Assembly (NCBI GenBank): GCA_009926935.1
Contig: RFNZ01000002.1
Coordinates: 89,473 to 153,472 of the forward strand
Direction: 5' to 3'
From: Pseudomonadota bacterium
Lineage (GTDB): Bacteria; Pseudomonadota; Alphaproteobacteria; Micavibrionales; UBA1664
DNA length: 64,000 nt
The position numbers were made by a program, and so were the translations under genes. The notes beneath the pieces are model-generated. The model was not told the DNA's origin. It searched no databases and worked only from the letters and a program-made list of their open reading frames with translations. Shown one piece after another: positions 8,926 through 19,529 of the stretch (positions are counted from its first letter, which is position 1; each line of letters starts with the position of its first letter).

Positions 8926-9546
8926 TTAGGCAACTCCTGCCTTTTTGGCTTCATCTTGAAGTGTTGTAGGGCCGGTGATGGCCATGGAGCATTTACGCCC
9001 GTTCTGCGGGCCCGCAGGCACTTCACGGCCTGCCGATAAAGCATCGATGATTTCTTTCATGCGCTCTGGCGTCAGGTCTTCGTAATAGCTGTCGTTAATT
9101 TGTACCATCGGGGCATTCACGCACGCGCCAAGGCACTCAACTTCAGTCAAAGTAAACTTCCCGTCGGACGTCGTTTCCCCGATATGGATTCCAAGTTTTT
9201 CCTCGCAAGCTTTCACAATATCGGCCGAGCCGCGCAGCCAGCACGGCGTTGTCGTGCAGCACTGTATGTGGTTTTTGCCAATCGGGCGCAGGATAAACAT
9301 CGAGTAAAAAGTAGCCACTTCAAACACCTTGATGCGCGGCATTTCAAGAATCTTTGCAATCTCTTCCATCGCAACTTCAGGTATCCACTGCCCTTCGGTC
9401 TCGCGCATTACCAAATCCAAAAGCGGCATAACCGCCGATTGTTTGCGTTCTTCCGGGTAACGCGAAAGAATATCCGCGACCTTCGTCATATCTTTGAAGG
9501 CGAAGCTGGTCGGCTGTTGTTCCTTGGGGGCGACAATAGGCTTCAT
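8926..9546 (-). CDS. nuoE: NADH-quinone oxidoreductase subunit E (24 kDa, 2Fe-2S)
   Basis: Thioredoxin-like 2Fe-2S pattern [10 protein letters not shown]...CLGACVNAP. It overlaps the nuoD stop by 4 nt. Confidence 0.95.
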   Translation of the reverse strand: MKPIVAPKEQQPTSFAFKDMTKVADILSRYPEERKQSAVMPLLDLVMRETEGQWIPEVAMEEIAKILEMPRIKVFEVATFYSMFILRPIGKNHIQCCTTTPCWLRGSADIVKACEEKLGIHIGETTSDGKFTLTEVECLGACVNAPMVQINDSYYEDLTPERMKEIIDALSAGREVPAGPQNGRKCSMAITGPTTLQDEAKKAGVA

Positions 9547-10799
9547 CGGTCAATTTCTCCAAAAACGATATCCATCGATCCAATGATCGAAACGGCGTCA
9601 GCCAACATGTGCCCGCGGGACATAAAGTCGAGGCCAGCCAAATGCGCAAAACCCGGCGCCCTTATGTGGCACTTATACGGGCGGTTTGTGTCGTCCGATA
9701 ACAAATACACACCAAACTCGCCCTTGGGGGCTTCCACGGCCGTATAGGTTTCACCGGCAGGTACGTGATACCCTTCGGTAAACAATTTGAAGTGGTGGAT
9801 CAGCGCTTCCATCGAGCGTTTCATTTCCTCGCGCGGCGGCGGCACAATCTTGTAATCATCCACTTTAACGGCCCCACCCGGCATTTCCTTGAGGCACTGG
9901 CGCATGATTTTGAGCGACTGGCGCATTTCTTCCATCCGCACCACATAGCGCGCATAACAATCGCCTGTCTTGCCAACGGGTATATCAAAATCCATTTTCT
10001 CGTAAACTTCATAAGGCTGCGATTTACGCAAATCCCACGCAACGCCGGATGCCCTGAGCATAGGGCCAGTAAAGCCCCAGTCAAAGGCTTGCTGCTTGCT
10101 GACAACGCCAATCCCAACCGTGCGCTGCTTGAACACGCGGTTTTCAGACAGCAAGCCTTCAAGGTCATCGATAACCTTGCCGAAATTTTCAGTCCAGTCC
10201 CACATGTCTTCGGCGAGACCCTTGGGCATATCCATCGCAACACCGCCGGGGCGTATGTAATTGGCATGCAGGCGCGCGCCGCAAACACGGTCGTAGAATT
10301 CCATGCCCTTCTCGCGTTCTTCAAAACCCCAAAGCGCAGGCGTAATTGCACCAACATCCAGCGCATAGGTCGTAATATTAAGGATGTGGTTTAAAATGCG
10401 TGTCAGTTCCAAAAACAGCACGCGCACATACTGCGCGCGCGGGGGCGGCGTAATGCCCAACAGCTTTTCAACAGCCAAGGCAAAACAATGCTCTTGGTTC
10501 ATGGGTGAAACATAATCAAGCCGGTCGAAATACGGCAGCGCCTGTAAATAGGTTTTGTGCTCAATCAGCTTTTCGGTGCCGCGGTGTAATAGCCCGATAT
10601 GCGGGTCAGCGCGCTCCACCACCTCGCCGTTCATCTCCAAAATCAGGCGCAAAACGCCGTGCGCCGCTGGGTGCTGCGGGCCAAAGTTGATTGTATACGG
10701 CTTGATTTTCTCGTCATCGCTCGTGGCAACAATCTGCCCCGTTGAATCATCAAGCGTGACCAGCTGTTTCGTAATTGTATGCGTTGCATTTGAACTCAT
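9543..10799 (-). CDS. nuoD: NADH-quinone oxidoreductase subunit D (49 kDa)
   Basis: [27 protein letters not shown], and a C-terminal DIVFGEIDR. Confidence 0.96.
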   Translation of the reverse strand: MSSNATHTITKQLVTLDDSTGQIVATSDDEKIKPYTINFGPQHPAAHGVLRLILEMNGEVVERADPHIGLLHRGTEKLIEHKTYLQALPYFDRLDYVSPMNQEHCFALAVEKLLGITPPPRAQYVRVLFLELTRILNHILNITTYALDVGAITPALWGFEEREKGMEFYDRVCGARLHANYIRPGGVAMDMPKGLAEDMWDWTENFGKVIDDLEGLLSENRVFKQRTVGIGVVSKQQAFDWGFTGPMLRASGVAWDLRKSQPYEVYEKMDFDIPVGKTGDCYARYVVRMEEMRQSLKIMRQCLKEMPGGAVKVDDYKIVPPPREEMKRSMEALIHHFKLFTEGYHVPAGETYTAVEAPKGEFGVYLLSDDTNRPYKCHIRAPGFAHLAGLDFMSRGHMLADAVSIIGSMDIVFGEIDR

Positions 10800-10805
10800 G
10801 TTTTC

Positions 10806-10920
10806 ACCGCTAAGACGCTAAGTACGCTAAGAAAATTTTATACCATTCATTATTAATCCACCTCGAAAATCTAACTAGCTAAAAACAAATTCTTCTTAGC
10901 GTACTTAGCGTCTTAGCGGT
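10806..10920. repeat. Palindromic CTAAG-repeat element, copy 2 (115 bp, no long ORF), in the nuoC-nuoD spacer
   Basis: accgctaagacgctaagtacgctaagaa at the left end and its exact reverse complement ttcttagcgtacttagcgtcttagcggt at the right end form a perfect 28-bp terminal inverted repeat. The arms are built from CTAAGnCG units. Confidence 0.9.
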
Positions 10921-10928
10921 AAAAAAAA

Positions 10929-11612
10929 CTAACCCCCTCCACCACGCACACGCTCGGCGGCATTGGTGCGGTAATCAACGGTGCCCACCTTCTGCTTTAC
11001 GGCTTTTTCGTCGCCCGGTAATTGCACGGTTGTCATGGCTTCCCACGGGCTGAGGTTATCGAAGGATCTAAAATCCTGCATCAGCTTCACGGGTTCATAG
11101 ACCACGCGGGCTTGCGCCTCGTCGTAGCGCAGCTCGACAAATCCAGTCAGCGGAAAATCTTTGCGCAGCGGATGCCCTTCAAAACCATAATCGGTCAGAA
11201 TGCGGCGGAGGTCTTCATTGCCCTCAAAAGCAATGCCGTACATATCCCACACTTCACGCTCAAGCCAGCCAGCGCTTGAGTAAACAGGCGTAACAGACGG
11301 CACGGGCGTATCTTCATCCGTCATAATTTTAACGCGGATGCGCAAATTGTGCCGCAGCGAAAGCAGCTGGTACACAACCTCAAACCGGTCGGCTTTGGTT
11401 GGCCAATCAACGGCTGTAATATCCATCAGCTGCACGCAAGCCGTTTCAACATGGTCGCGCAAATCGGTCAGCACGCGCACAATTTCGGCACGTTTAGCAT
11501 GCACCACCAGTTCATCCTGCGCGAAAGACGTGCCCGAAACGCCATAGGCAAATGCTTCGGCAATTTTGGCGGCCAGTGCCGCTTTTTTTTCGGACGGGGC
11601 TTTGCGGCTCAT
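10929..11612 (-). CDS. nuoC: NADH-quinone oxidoreductase subunit C (30 kDa)
   Basis: [40 protein letters not shown] signature. ATGA overlap with the nuoB stop. Confidence 0.95.
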   Translation of the reverse strand: MSRKAPSEKKAALAAKIAEAFAYGVSGTSFAQDELVVHAKRAEIVRVLTDLRDHVETACVQLMDITAVDWPTKADRFEVVYQLLSLRHNLRIRVKIMTDEDTPVPSVTPVYSSAGWLEREVWDMYGIAFEGNEDLRRILTDYGFEGHPLRKDFPLTGFVELRYDEAQARVVYEPVKLMQDFRSFDNLSPWEAMTTVQLPGDEKAVKQKVGTVDYRTNAAERVRGGGG

Positions 11613-12184
11613 CGCACAATCCTCGTATCTTCACGCTGGATTTTTTTCTGGAGCTGCAAAATACCATACACAAGCGCCTCAGCCGTGGGCGGGCAACCCG
11701 GCACGTAAATATCGACCGGCACAATACGGTCGCATCCGCGCACAACCGAATAGGAATAGTGGTAGTATCCCCCGCCATTGGCGCAGCTGCCCATGCTAAT
11801 CACCCAGCGCGGCTCTGGCATCTGGTCATACACACGGCGCAAGGCCGGCGCCATTTTGTTGGTGAGCGTGCCAGCGACTATCATCACATCGGATTGACGG
11901 GGTGAAGGGCGTGGAATAACGCCAAAACGGTCAAGGTCATAGCGCGACATATAGGAATGAATCATCTCAACCGCGCAGCATGCAAGGCCAAATGTCATCG
12001 GCCACATCGAGCCCGTGCGCGCCCAGTCAAACAGCTTGTCGACTTGCGTTAGCACAAAACCCTTGTCAGTCACTTCCTGCGCGATGCGGGCAACAAACTC
12101 ATCCTGCTTCACGGCAGGAACAGGGATGTTTGGTTGCTTTAAAGGAGCGGCAGGCGCCGCAATGATATTCTTTTCATGAGACAT
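11609..12184 (-). CDS. nuoB: NADH-quinone oxidoreductase subunit B (20 kDa, N2 cluster)
   Basis: [19 protein letters not shown] and VPGCPP cysteine motifs. Confidence 0.96.
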   Translation of the reverse strand: MSHEKNIIAAPAAPLKQPNIPVPAVKQDEFVARIAQEVTDKGFVLTQVDKLFDWARTGSMWPMTFGLACCAVEMIHSYMSRYDLDRFGVIPRPSPRQSDVMIVAGTLTNKMAPALRRVYDQMPEPRWVISMGSCANGGGYYHYSYSVVRGCDRIVPVDIYVPGCPPTAEALVYGILQLQKKIQREDTRIVR

Positions 12185-12187
12185 GGA

Positions 12188-12589
12188 TTATTCCCAATCA
12201 AGGGCGCCTTTCTTCCATTCATAGATAAAACCGATGGTGAGGATACCAAGGAAAACGACCATCGACCAGAAGCCGAATAAACCTATATCCGAAAGGGTAA
12301 TTGCCCAGGGGAACAGGAACGCGATTTCAAGGTCGAAGATAATGAAAAGAATGGAAACCAGATAAAACCGGACATCGAATTTGTGGCGCGCATCCTCAAA
12401 AGCATCAAAGCCGCACTCATAAGGGGCGAGCTTGTTGGCGTCAGGCCGCTGCTTGCCCGAAAAATACGACCCCACAAGCATCACAAGCGCAAGGCCCGCG
12501 GCAATCCCGATAAAAATCAGGATAGGCAGGTATTCGGCCAGAAAGTGGTTGGAGGCAAGAAACGTATCGAGTGTATTGGAGCCAGTCAC
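12188..12589 (-). CDS. nuoA: NADH-quinone oxidoreductase subunit A
   Basis: 133-aa protein with 3 TM helices, carrying PYECGF and [11 protein letters not shown] motifs. It is the first gene of the nuo cluster. Confidence 0.93.
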   Translation of the reverse strand: MTGSNTLDTFLASNHFLAEYLPILIFIGIAAGLALVMLVGSYFSGKQRPDANKLAPYECGFDAFEDARHKFDVRFYLVSILFIIFDLEIAFLFPWAITLSDIGLFGFWSMVVFLGILTIGFIYEWKKGALDWE

Positions 12590-12616
12590 GAAGAACCCCT
12601 TGAAGTAACGCCGAAA

Positions 12617-12693
12617 TGGCGCGAGTGACGGGACTTGAACCCGCGGCCTCCTGCGTGACAGGCAGGCGCTCTAACCAACTGAGCTACACCCGC
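12617..12693 (-). tRNA. tRNA-Asp (GTC)
   Basis: The reverse complement gcgggtgtagctcagttggttagagcgcctgcctgtcacgcaggaggccgcgggttcaagtcccgtcactcgcgcca folds as a cloverleaf. The anticodon loop is ctGTCac. CCA is encoded. Confidence 0.92.
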
Positions 12694-12804
12694 ATTTGCC
12701 GAACAGTTGTGGGAGATTGTAGGCACCCAAAGCCATCCGGTCAATTCAGCGTGAGAGGTGTATAGGGTAATTCTTTTTCAGGTGCAACACTTATATGCCC
12801 TTTT

Positions 12805-13911
12805 CTAGGCCGCCCTAGGCATATAAGGCTGCCCCAAAGCCTCAGCCACTGCCGGGTGCATAATTTTACCCTCATGCACGTTGAGGCCCATGGCCAGATG
12901 CGGGTCGTCGGCCAGTGCCTGCTTCCAGCCCTTGCTGGCAAGCGCCAGTACAAAAGGCAACGTCGCATTATTGAGCGCCGCGGTCGATGACTGCGGGTAA
13001 GCCCCCGGCATGTTAGCGACGCAGTAATGGATGATGCCGTCCACTTCGTAGGTTGGTTCTTGGTGGGTCGTGATTTTGCTGGTTTCAAAGCAGCCACCTT
13101 GGTCAATCGCAATATCAACAACAACCGCGCCCTGTTTCATGGTATTAAGCTGCGCACGGCTCACCAGCCTTGGGGCATTAGCGCCGGGCACCAGCACCGC
13201 ACCAATCACCATATCGGCTTTGGCAACTTCCGCATCAATCGCAGCTTTGCTCACGGCAAGCACACGGGCGCTCGCGCCAAAAAACTCATCTAAAAAGCGT
13301 ATGCGTTCGCCGTTTTTTTCAAGGATGGTCACATCAGCCCCCATACCAACAGCAATGCGCGCCGCATTAAACCCGGATACGCCACCACCAAGCACGGTGA
13401 CATGCGCGGGCTCAACCCCCGGCACACCGGATATCAGGCGCCCAAGGCCCCCGCGGTGCTTCTGGAGGGCCGTCGCCCCCATGATGGGCGCCATACGCCC
13501 TGCAATTTCAGACATAGGCGCAAGCAATGGCAAACCGCCCTTGGCGCTGGTCACGGTTTCATAGGCAATGGCCGTGCAGCCACTATCCATCAAGCCCTTG
13601 GCTTGTTTCGGGTCCGGTGCCAGATGCAGATAGGTAAACAGCACCTGCCCGCGGCGGAGCTGCTTCCATTCCGGTTCCTGCGGCTCTTTCACTTTGACAA
13701 TCATATCGGCCTTGGCAAACACGGCATTGGCGCTGTCGACAATTTCGGCTCCTGCGGCGCGATAATCGTCATCACTGGCAAGTATCCCCTGCCCTGCCCC
13801 GCTCTGGACCAGCACCTTATGCCCTTGGTGAACACACTCAGCCACACTGGCAGGGTTCAGACCGACACGATTTTCCTGTGCTTTGATTTCCTTGGGTACG
13901 CCAATGAGCAT
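12805..13911 (-). CDS. ald: Alanine dehydrogenase
   Basis: The true start is MLIGVPKEIKAQENRVGL at 13911; the track ORF extends to 14052 through a tRNA-like repeat. NAD-binding segment VTVLGGGVSGFNAARIAVGMGADVTILE. 368 aa. Confidence 0.9.
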   Translation of the reverse strand: MLIGVPKEIKAQENRVGLNPASVAECVHQGHKVLVQSGAGQGILASDDDYRAAGAEIVDSANAVFAKADMIVKVKEPQEPEWKQLRRGQVLFTYLHLAPDPKQAKGLMDSGCTAIAYETVTSAKGGLPLLAPMSEIAGRMAPIMGATALQKHRGGLGRLISGVPGVEPAHVTVLGGGVSGFNAARIAVGMGADVTILEKNGERIRFLDEFFGASARVLAVSKAAIDAEVAKADMVIGAVLVPGANAPRLVSRAQLNTMKQGAVVVDIAIDQGGCFETSKITTHQEPTYEVDGIIHYCVANMPGAYPQSSTAALNNATLPFVLALASKGWKQALADDPHLAMGLNVHEGKIMHPAVAEALGQPYMPRAA

Positions 13912-14013
13912 GAAAATATCTCCCGAAATAGATGAAGCAGGAACTATAGAACTTTTTTGTATAGATGCACGTGGCAACGCCGCATTTTTTGGAGAATAAG
14001 ATTTAGAGTATAG

Positions 14014-14033
14014 AAATGGTGGGTGATGAGGGG
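14014..14033 (-). repeat. Duplicated 3' end of tRNA-Val (20-nt exact copy)
   Basis: aaatggtgggtgatgagggg occurs at 14014-14033 and again at 14092-14111. The second copy covers the last 17 nt of tRNA-Val including CCA, plus 3 flanking nt. Confidence 0.85.
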
Positions 14034-14094
14034 CTAGGGCCGTGCGCAGCACGGCAAATAATAATCGAACCCAATGCAGCTGCTTAAAGAAAAA

Positions 14095-14169
14095 TGGTGG
14101 GTGATGAGGGGTTCGAACCCCCGACCCTCTCGGTGTAAACGAGATGCTCTTCCGCTGAGCTAATCACCC
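14095..14169 (-). tRNA. tRNA-Val (TAC)
   Basis: Reverse complement gggtgattagctcagcggaagagcatctcgtttacaccgagagggtcgggggttcgaacccctcatcacccacca. Anticodon loop ttTACac. The acceptor stem gggtgat/atcaccc pairs. Confidence 0.9.
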
Positions 14170-14221
14170 GCCGGCGAATAAAAAGGAATTTCAGGGAAAA
14201 GGCAAACAAAAAACACAAACA

Positions 14222-14252
14222 TAAAAAAACGGCCGGATGAAAATCCGACCGT
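14222..14252 (-). terminator. Rho-independent terminator (second of two after hupB)
   Basis: Minus strand reads acggtcgga-ttttca-tccggccgt followed by TTTTTTT. Confidence 0.7.
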
Positions 14253-14257
14253 TTTCA

Positions 14258-14286
14258 AATAAAAAACCGTCGTAAAAACGACGGTC
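14258..14286 (-). terminator. Rho-independent terminator (first after hupB)
   Basis: Minus strand reads accgtcg-ttttta-cgacggt followed by TTTTTT, 8 nt after the hupB stop. Confidence 0.75.
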
Positions 14287-14293
14287 TTGGCTA

Positions 14294-14572
14294 TTAGCGC
14301 TTGTTAACGGCGTCTTTAAGAGCCTTACCAGCAGCAAATTTAGGCTGTTTGGAAGCAGCGATCTTGATAGGCGCGCCCGTGCGTGGGTTGCGGCCCGTTT
14401 GTGCTTTACGGTTCGTGACTTTGAACGTACCGAAGCCGATCAGTTTCACTTCATCGCCTTTTTTCAAAGAAGCGGTGACGAGATCCAGAATAACGTTGAG
14501 GCATTCTTCAGCCTTCGTTTTGGAAAGGTCGGTTTTCTTGGCAACTGCGGCCACGAGATCTGTTTTGTTCAT
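14294..14572 (-). CDS. hupB: DNA-binding protein HU
   Basis: MNKTDLVAAVAKKTDLSKTKAEECLNVILDLV...GFGTFKVTNRKAQTGRNPRTGAPIKIAASKQPKF is the canonical HU/IHF fold. 92 aa from the ATG at 14572. Confidence 0.93.
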   Translation of the reverse strand: MNKTDLVAAVAKKTDLSKTKAEECLNVILDLVTASLKKGDEVKLIGFGTFKVTNRKAQTGRNPRTGAPIKIAASKQPKFAAGKALKDAVNKR

Positions 14573-14733
14573 GGGTACCCCCGGTTGAATGTTGAACCCT
14601 CCAAGTTCACGTGTATGACACCACACACTGTAAATGAACCTGAAGGCCGGTGCAGAACATGGCTGGTAACACTAGGTTTTCAGCCCTGATTCTGCGCCGC
14701 GATAAAAACTAATATGCCGTTTTGTTTATGGCG

Positions 14734-17169
14734 TCAATGATGAATTACGTCGGAACCCACGGTTTCCTTGGTCTCATCGGCAGCTGGTGCAGCAATGACG
14801 TCCGTTTTGCGCTCGATGGGTACAGGCAGCGACATCAACGCATGAGCGAGAACCTGTTCAATGCTAGATACTGGCACAATCTCAAGCCCCTTCTTCACAT
14901 TGGCAGGTATGTCCGCAAGGTCTTTCTCATTTTCCTTAGGAATCAAGACCTTCACAATGCCACCCCTCAGCGCCGCAAGCAGCTTTTCCTTGAGGCCACC
15001 AATAGCGGTCACATACCCGCGCAGGTTGATTTCACCTGTCATGGCAATATCGCGCCGGACAGGGATTCCGGTAAGTGATGACACGATTGCGGTCACCATG
15101 GCAGCACCGGCAGATGGGCCGTCTTTCGGTGTCGCACCCTCTGGCACGTGTACGTGGATGGCCAGCTTCTGCAGTTTCTCGTAGTCGATTCCAAAAGTAT
15201 CAGCGCGGGATTTAATCAGCATTTCAGCAACGATGATGGATTCTTTCATCACTTCTTGAAGATTGCCGGTCATCGTTACCTTGCCGTCTTTGCCGGGCAT
15301 GGTGACAGCTTCGATCGAAAGTAAATCACCGCCCGTTTCCGTCCATGCAAGTCCGGTCACAACACCAACGCGGTCCATCTCGTCAACTTCGCCGTAACGG
15401 TATTTGCGTATGCCCGCATACTTGCCAAGGTTGGATGGCGTTACGTGCAGGTTCTTGCGCTTGCCCATCAAAATTTCTTTGATGGCCTTACGGCACAAAT
15501 TCGCAAGCTCGCGCTCAAGGTTACGTACGCCCGCTTCGCGCGTGTAATAGCGTATCAGGTCGCGCACGGCAGAATCCGTAATCGCAAATTCTGATGCCTT
15601 AAGCCCCGCGGCCTTCATCTGTTTGTCGAGAAGATGCTTGTTCACAATGCCAAGCTTCTCGTCTTCCGTATAACCGGAGAGACGAATAACTTCCATACGG
15701 TCCAGCAAAGGCTGCGGCATGCGCAGGCTATTGGCCGTGCAAATGAACATCACATCCGAGAGATTGTAATCAACCTCAAGATAGTGGTCGCCAAAGTTGT
15801 GGTTCTGCTCCGGGTCTAAAACTTCAAGTAGCGCCGATGTAGGGTCACCGCGCCAGTCAGAACCCAGCTTGTCGATCTCATCCAGCAGGAAAAGCGGATT
15901 GATCGTTTTTGCCTTCTTCATCCCTTGAAGCACTTTTCCGGGCAGTGCCCCAATATAGGTACGGCGATGCCCGCGGATTTCGCTTTCATCACGCACGCCG
16001 CCAAGCGCCATGCGCACAAAGTTGCGGCCCGTGGCTTTGGCAATGGATTGTCCAAGCGATGTTTTGCCCACACCGGGAGGGCCGACAAGGCACAAAATCG
16101 GCCCCTTCACTTGGCCCTTGCGCGCTTGTACGGCCAGGTATTCCAAAATACGTTCTTTGACTTTCTCAAGCCCGTAATGGTCCTTATCAAGGATCGTCTT
16201 GGCCTTGCGGATATCCTTGTAAACTTTCGATTTCTTGCCCCATGGCACGCCAAGCAGCCAGTCAAGGTAGTTGCGTACGACCGTCGCTTCAGCCGACATG
16301 GGCGACATCTGCTTGAGCTTTTTCAACTCCTGCTGCGCTTTCGCTTTGGCTTCGTTTGAAAGTTTGGTCTCGTTGATTTTTTTCTCAAGCTCGCCAACCT
16401 CGTCGTAACCTTCGTCGGTTTCCGAGAGCTCTTTCTGAATGGCCTTAAGCTGCTCATTCAGATAATACTCGCGCTGCGATTTTTCCATCTGGCGCTTCAC
16501 ACGGCCACGGATACGCTTTTCAACGTGCAGCACTCCGATCTCGTCCTCGATATGCGCCAAAATGCCTTCAAAGCGGCGCGCTACAGAGAGGGTTTCAAGC
16601 AACTTCTGCTTGTCCTCTATCTTGAGCGCAAGGTGCGACGAAAGCGTATCGGCAAGCTGCGATGGCTCGCTCAGTTGATTGACCGAAATAATTACTTCCG
16701 GCGGGATCTTCTTATTCAGTTTCACATACTCTTCAAACTGCTCGGCCGCTGTTTTAGACAGCGCTTTCAACTCATCCGAGTTCGGGGCCTCGGAAGCCTG
16801 TATCTCGTAATGCGCCTCCATAAAATCGGTACGGTCTGTAAACTCGGTAATTTTGGCGCGGCGCACGCCTTCAACCAGAACCTTGACTGTCCCGTCAGGC
16901 AGCTTGAGAAGCTGCAAAATGGTGCCGATCGTACCAACGGTATAAACACCGTCGCGCCCCGGGTCGTCCTCGGATGGCGTTTTTTGCGTCAAAAGCAAAA
17001 TCTGCTTGTCGCCCGTCATCACGGATTCCAGCGCCCTCACCGACCGCTCGCGGCCAACAAAAAGCGGCACGATCATATGCGGAAACACGACAATGTCGCG
17101 TAAGGGCAGGATGGCAATAGGCGGAAGGGCAGAAACGGTTTCGGTCACGATGTATCCTCTTGGGGCCAA
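14734..17169 (-). CDS. lon: ATP-dependent Lon protease
   Basis: LPLRDIVVFPHMIVPLFVGR (LON N domain), Walker A GPPGVGKTS, and protease active-site PKDGPSAG. 811 aa. Confidence 0.97.
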   Translation of the reverse strand: MAPRGYIVTETVSALPPIAILPLRDIVVFPHMIVPLFVGRERSVRALESVMTGDKQILLLTQKTPSEDDPGRDGVYTVGTIGTILQLLKLPDGTVKVLVEGVRRAKITEFTDRTDFMEAHYEIQASEAPNSDELKALSKTAAEQFEEYVKLNKKIPPEVIISVNQLSEPSQLADTLSSHLALKIEDKQKLLETLSVARRFEGILAHIEDEIGVLHVEKRIRGRVKRQMEKSQREYYLNEQLKAIQKELSETDEGYDEVGELEKKINETKLSNEAKAKAQQELKKLKQMSPMSAEATVVRNYLDWLLGVPWGKKSKVYKDIRKAKTILDKDHYGLEKVKERILEYLAVQARKGQVKGPILCLVGPPGVGKTSLGQSIAKATGRNFVRMALGGVRDESEIRGHRRTYIGALPGKVLQGMKKAKTINPLFLLDEIDKLGSDWRGDPTSALLEVLDPEQNHNFGDHYLEVDYNLSDVMFICTANSLRMPQPLLDRMEVIRLSGYTEDEKLGIVNKHLLDKQMKAAGLKASEFAITDSAVRDLIRYYTREAGVRNLERELANLCRKAIKEILMGKRKNLHVTPSNLGKYAGIRKYRYGEVDEMDRVGVVTGLAWTETGGDLLSIEAVTMPGKDGKVTMTGNLQEVMKESIIVAEMLIKSRADTFGIDYEKLQKLAIHVHVPEGATPKDGPSAGAAMVTAIVSSLTGIPVRRDIAMTGEINLRGYVTAIGGLKEKLLAALRGGIVKVLIPKENEKDLADIPANVKKGLEIVPVSSIEQVLAHALMSLPVPIERKTDVIAAPAADETKETVGSDVIHH

Positions 17170-17272
17170 AGGCCCAACTGGTGCATTCTACCAAGACAAG
17201 CACGTCAATGGTGAATAACTAGTAAATGGACCCGCAACCCCTAAAAATCAAGGGGTCGCGGTTATCCGATTT

Positions 17273-17893
17273 CTAGGAAGACTTTTTATCTTCCGGTTTT
17301 GGCATATCCGCGCGGCTGGCGATAACGTGGTCGATAAGGCCAAAGTTCTTGGCTTCCTCGGCACTCATGAACGTATCGCGGTCCATCGCTTTTTCGATGG
17401 CGCTCAGTTTCTGCCCTGTCTGAGCTACGTAGATATTGTTCAGCTTTTCGCGCAGTTTCAAAATTTCGCGCGCCTGAATTTCGATGTCCGATGCCATACC
17501 CTGCGCCCCGCCCGATGGCTGGTGGATCATGACGCGGCTATTAGGCAGGCTGTAACGCTTGCCCTTCTCACCGCACGTCAAAAGCAGCGATCCCGCAGAT
17601 GCCGCCTGCCCGATGCACATCGTGGCAACAGGGCACTTCACGTAGTTCATGGTGTCCATCATCGCAAAAGCCGATGTCACAACACCGCCGGGCGAGTTGA
17701 TATAGAACGCGATGTCTTTTGTCGGGTTCTCAGACTCCAAAAACAGCAGCTGCGCACAGATAAGGGATGAAACATGGTCCTCAACCCCGCCCGTCAAAAA
17801 GATGATCCGCTCTTTCAGGAGGCGGGAGTAGATGTCATAAGCCCGCTCACCGCGGTTTGTGACCTCGATCACCATCGGTACTAAGGAAGCCAT
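17273..17893 (-). CDS. clpP: ATP-dependent Clp protease proteolytic subunit
   Basis: [33 protein letters not shown], with catalytic regions [11 protein letters not shown] and MIHQPSGG. Alternative upstream ATGs are at 17923 and 17989. Confidence 0.95.
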   Translation of the reverse strand: MASLVPMVIEVTNRGERAYDIYSRLLKERIIFLTGGVEDHVSSLICAQLLFLESENPTKDIAFYINSPGGVVTSAFAMMDTMNYVKCPVATMCIGQAASAGSLLLTCGEKGKRYSLPNSRVMIHQPSGGAQGMASDIEIQAREILKLREKLNNIYVAQTGQKLSAIEKAMDRDTFMSAEEAKNFGLIDHVIASRADMPKPEDKKSS

Positions 17894-18013
17894 TGTGTCT
17901 GAGTAGAATTCTGAGCGGGACATGCGGGGAGCCTTTGGGTTACGATTCACTATCCCCCGAAAGTTACCCGTCCTTGAAATTCCGCGCAAGGGCCGTAAAA
18001 GGCCGGAGCAAAA

Positions 18014-18619
18014 TCAATGCCTGAAATGGTCCAGCTTCGGGGTCGCCTTGGGCGGGATTCTCATCCCCGCCATGAGCTGGGCTAAATCAGCTGCAGCCTT
18101 TTCGGCTTCTACACCGACAGCTTCTGCGAGTTTAGCCCACTTACCTGTTACAGGCTGATTATCGTAAGAACCGTTCCACGAGTTATTTCCGTAGTGATTT
18201 CCAAATGACCAGATGACCTTAAAATCCCCGCGCTCACGGGAGCCGGAAGTAAGCCTAACCGAATAACGTCTGTCTTTGACACCGCTCACAAGCGAGAGAG
18301 TAAGGCCATTCGCCAGAGTTGCATCCGCTGTAAATTCGGTCGTATACCCTTTTTCGACAAACTGGTGCACCTTCAGATCACGGATAGTCGTATCACCTCG
18401 GATCGCGCCGCCACTGGCCTCTATGAGGGGCTTCAGAATTGCCGCCAGGCCCGCTTCAAGCCTTTGCTGTTTTAAGGCTATATCTGCGTCTTTCGGTGTC
18501 ATGTCATAAACGCGGGGTTCAACAACTGTTACCCCTGCCTTGAGGTCGCCAGCATCTGCAGCCGAGCTTCCAAACACCGTAACAAGTGCAACGAGTACAG
18601 CGGCAGCAGAGCGACGCAT
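18014..18619 (-). CDS. Secreted hypothetical protein
   Basis: 201-aa ORF with an N-terminal signal peptide (MRRSAAAVLVALVTVFGSSAADA). I recognise no domain. It lies between clpP and the DXD paralogs. Confidence 0.55.
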   Translation of the reverse strand: MRRSAAAVLVALVTVFGSSAADAGDLKAGVTVVEPRVYDMTPKDADIALKQQRLEAGLAAILKPLIEASGGAIRGDTTIRDLKVHQFVEKGYTTEFTADATLANGLTLSLVSGVKDRRYSVRLTSGSRERGDFKVIWSFGNHYGNNSWNGSYDNQPVTGKWAKLAEAVGVEAEKAAADLAQLMAGMRIPPKATPKLDHFRH

Positions 18620-18701
18620 TCAAATCCTCATAAAATATCAATTTTAAATTATGTAAACAATTAGCAGCTGGAGCGCGGCCGAGCAACAAAATAAGGTATC
18701 G

Positions 18702-19526
18702 CTAATTGATACCCAACTCCTTAAGCGCCGGATCGGGCTTAAGCGTGCGCCCGACATCAGGCAGGTAGAAATGGGCAAGGTTGGCAAACCTGTCCCTGTA
18801 CCCCGGTAAAACTTTTCTGATATACGCCTCAAGGATCGGATAGCCGCAAAGCCCATGGGTGGCATCCACGCGGGCCTGCCTCAGCCACCAATGCGCAAAA
18901 CGCCTGACGCGACCAAACGATGTATTAAGCCCTATAAGCCCGTTTGGTACGCCGGCCCGCCCAGCCTTGTGCAAGCATATACCGTAAGTATCAAGCGCTC
19001 TCTGCATGCGTGCCCATGAAAATTTCTTGATGTCCATATCGGTATAAATCAGATAACGCCGCTCGGGGTTCGTCCGCATCATGTGATACATGAAAAGCAC
19101 ACGGGCATAATCCGCCCGCACATAAACACTCCCCGGCGCTTCGCGTGTATCCGTATCGCTCGCTAGTTCCCTGAAAATCGGGTCCTGCCGAAACGCAGGC
19201 ACGCCCTCGTAACCCGGTATTTTGGATAAATCTTCAAAGAAGATGTTTTGGGGTTTGGATGGGTCTTTCATACATGCATACGCATAAGACTGAACCCAGA
19301 AAAGGCTTCTCGCATCCAGCTTCTCGTAATCAAGGCCAATATAAAAATCCGCACTTTTAAGGCCGTCGGCCACCGCAACCACATTCTTGATGTACTGTAG
19401 GGCCACACTGCACTCGGGCGTATCCTGCCTAGCGTCGGGCTCGCTTTTATTGATCCAGACATGCATAAAAAGTGGCCTTTTATTGGGCCGCCTTGCTGCA
19501 CGCACATTGAAATCCTGATTAGGCAT
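18702..19526 (-). CDS. DXD-motif glycosyltransferase-like protein (toxin/effector-like), paralog 1
   Basis: 274 aa. The motif order is FMHVWIN ... GSVYVRADYARVLFMYHM ... YLIYTDMDI (DXD). This resembles the xSDxxRxxxL...YxDxD core of Gly_transf_sug and large clostridial toxin GT-A domains. The C-terminus is ELGIN. Confidence 0.5.
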   Translation of the reverse strand: MPNQDFNVRAARRPNKRPLFMHVWINKSEPDARQDTPECSVALQYIKNVVAVADGLKSADFYIGLDYEKLDARSLFWVQSYAYACMKDPSKPQNIFFEDLSKIPGYEGVPAFRQDPIFRELASDTDTREAPGSVYVRADYARVLFMYHMMRTNPERRYLIYTDMDIKKFSWARMQRALDTYGICLHKAGRAGVPNGLIGLNTSFGRVRRFAHWWLRQARVDATHGLCGYPILEAYIRKVLPGYRDRFANLAHFYLPDVGRTLKPDPALKELGIN

Positions 19527-19529
19527 GGC

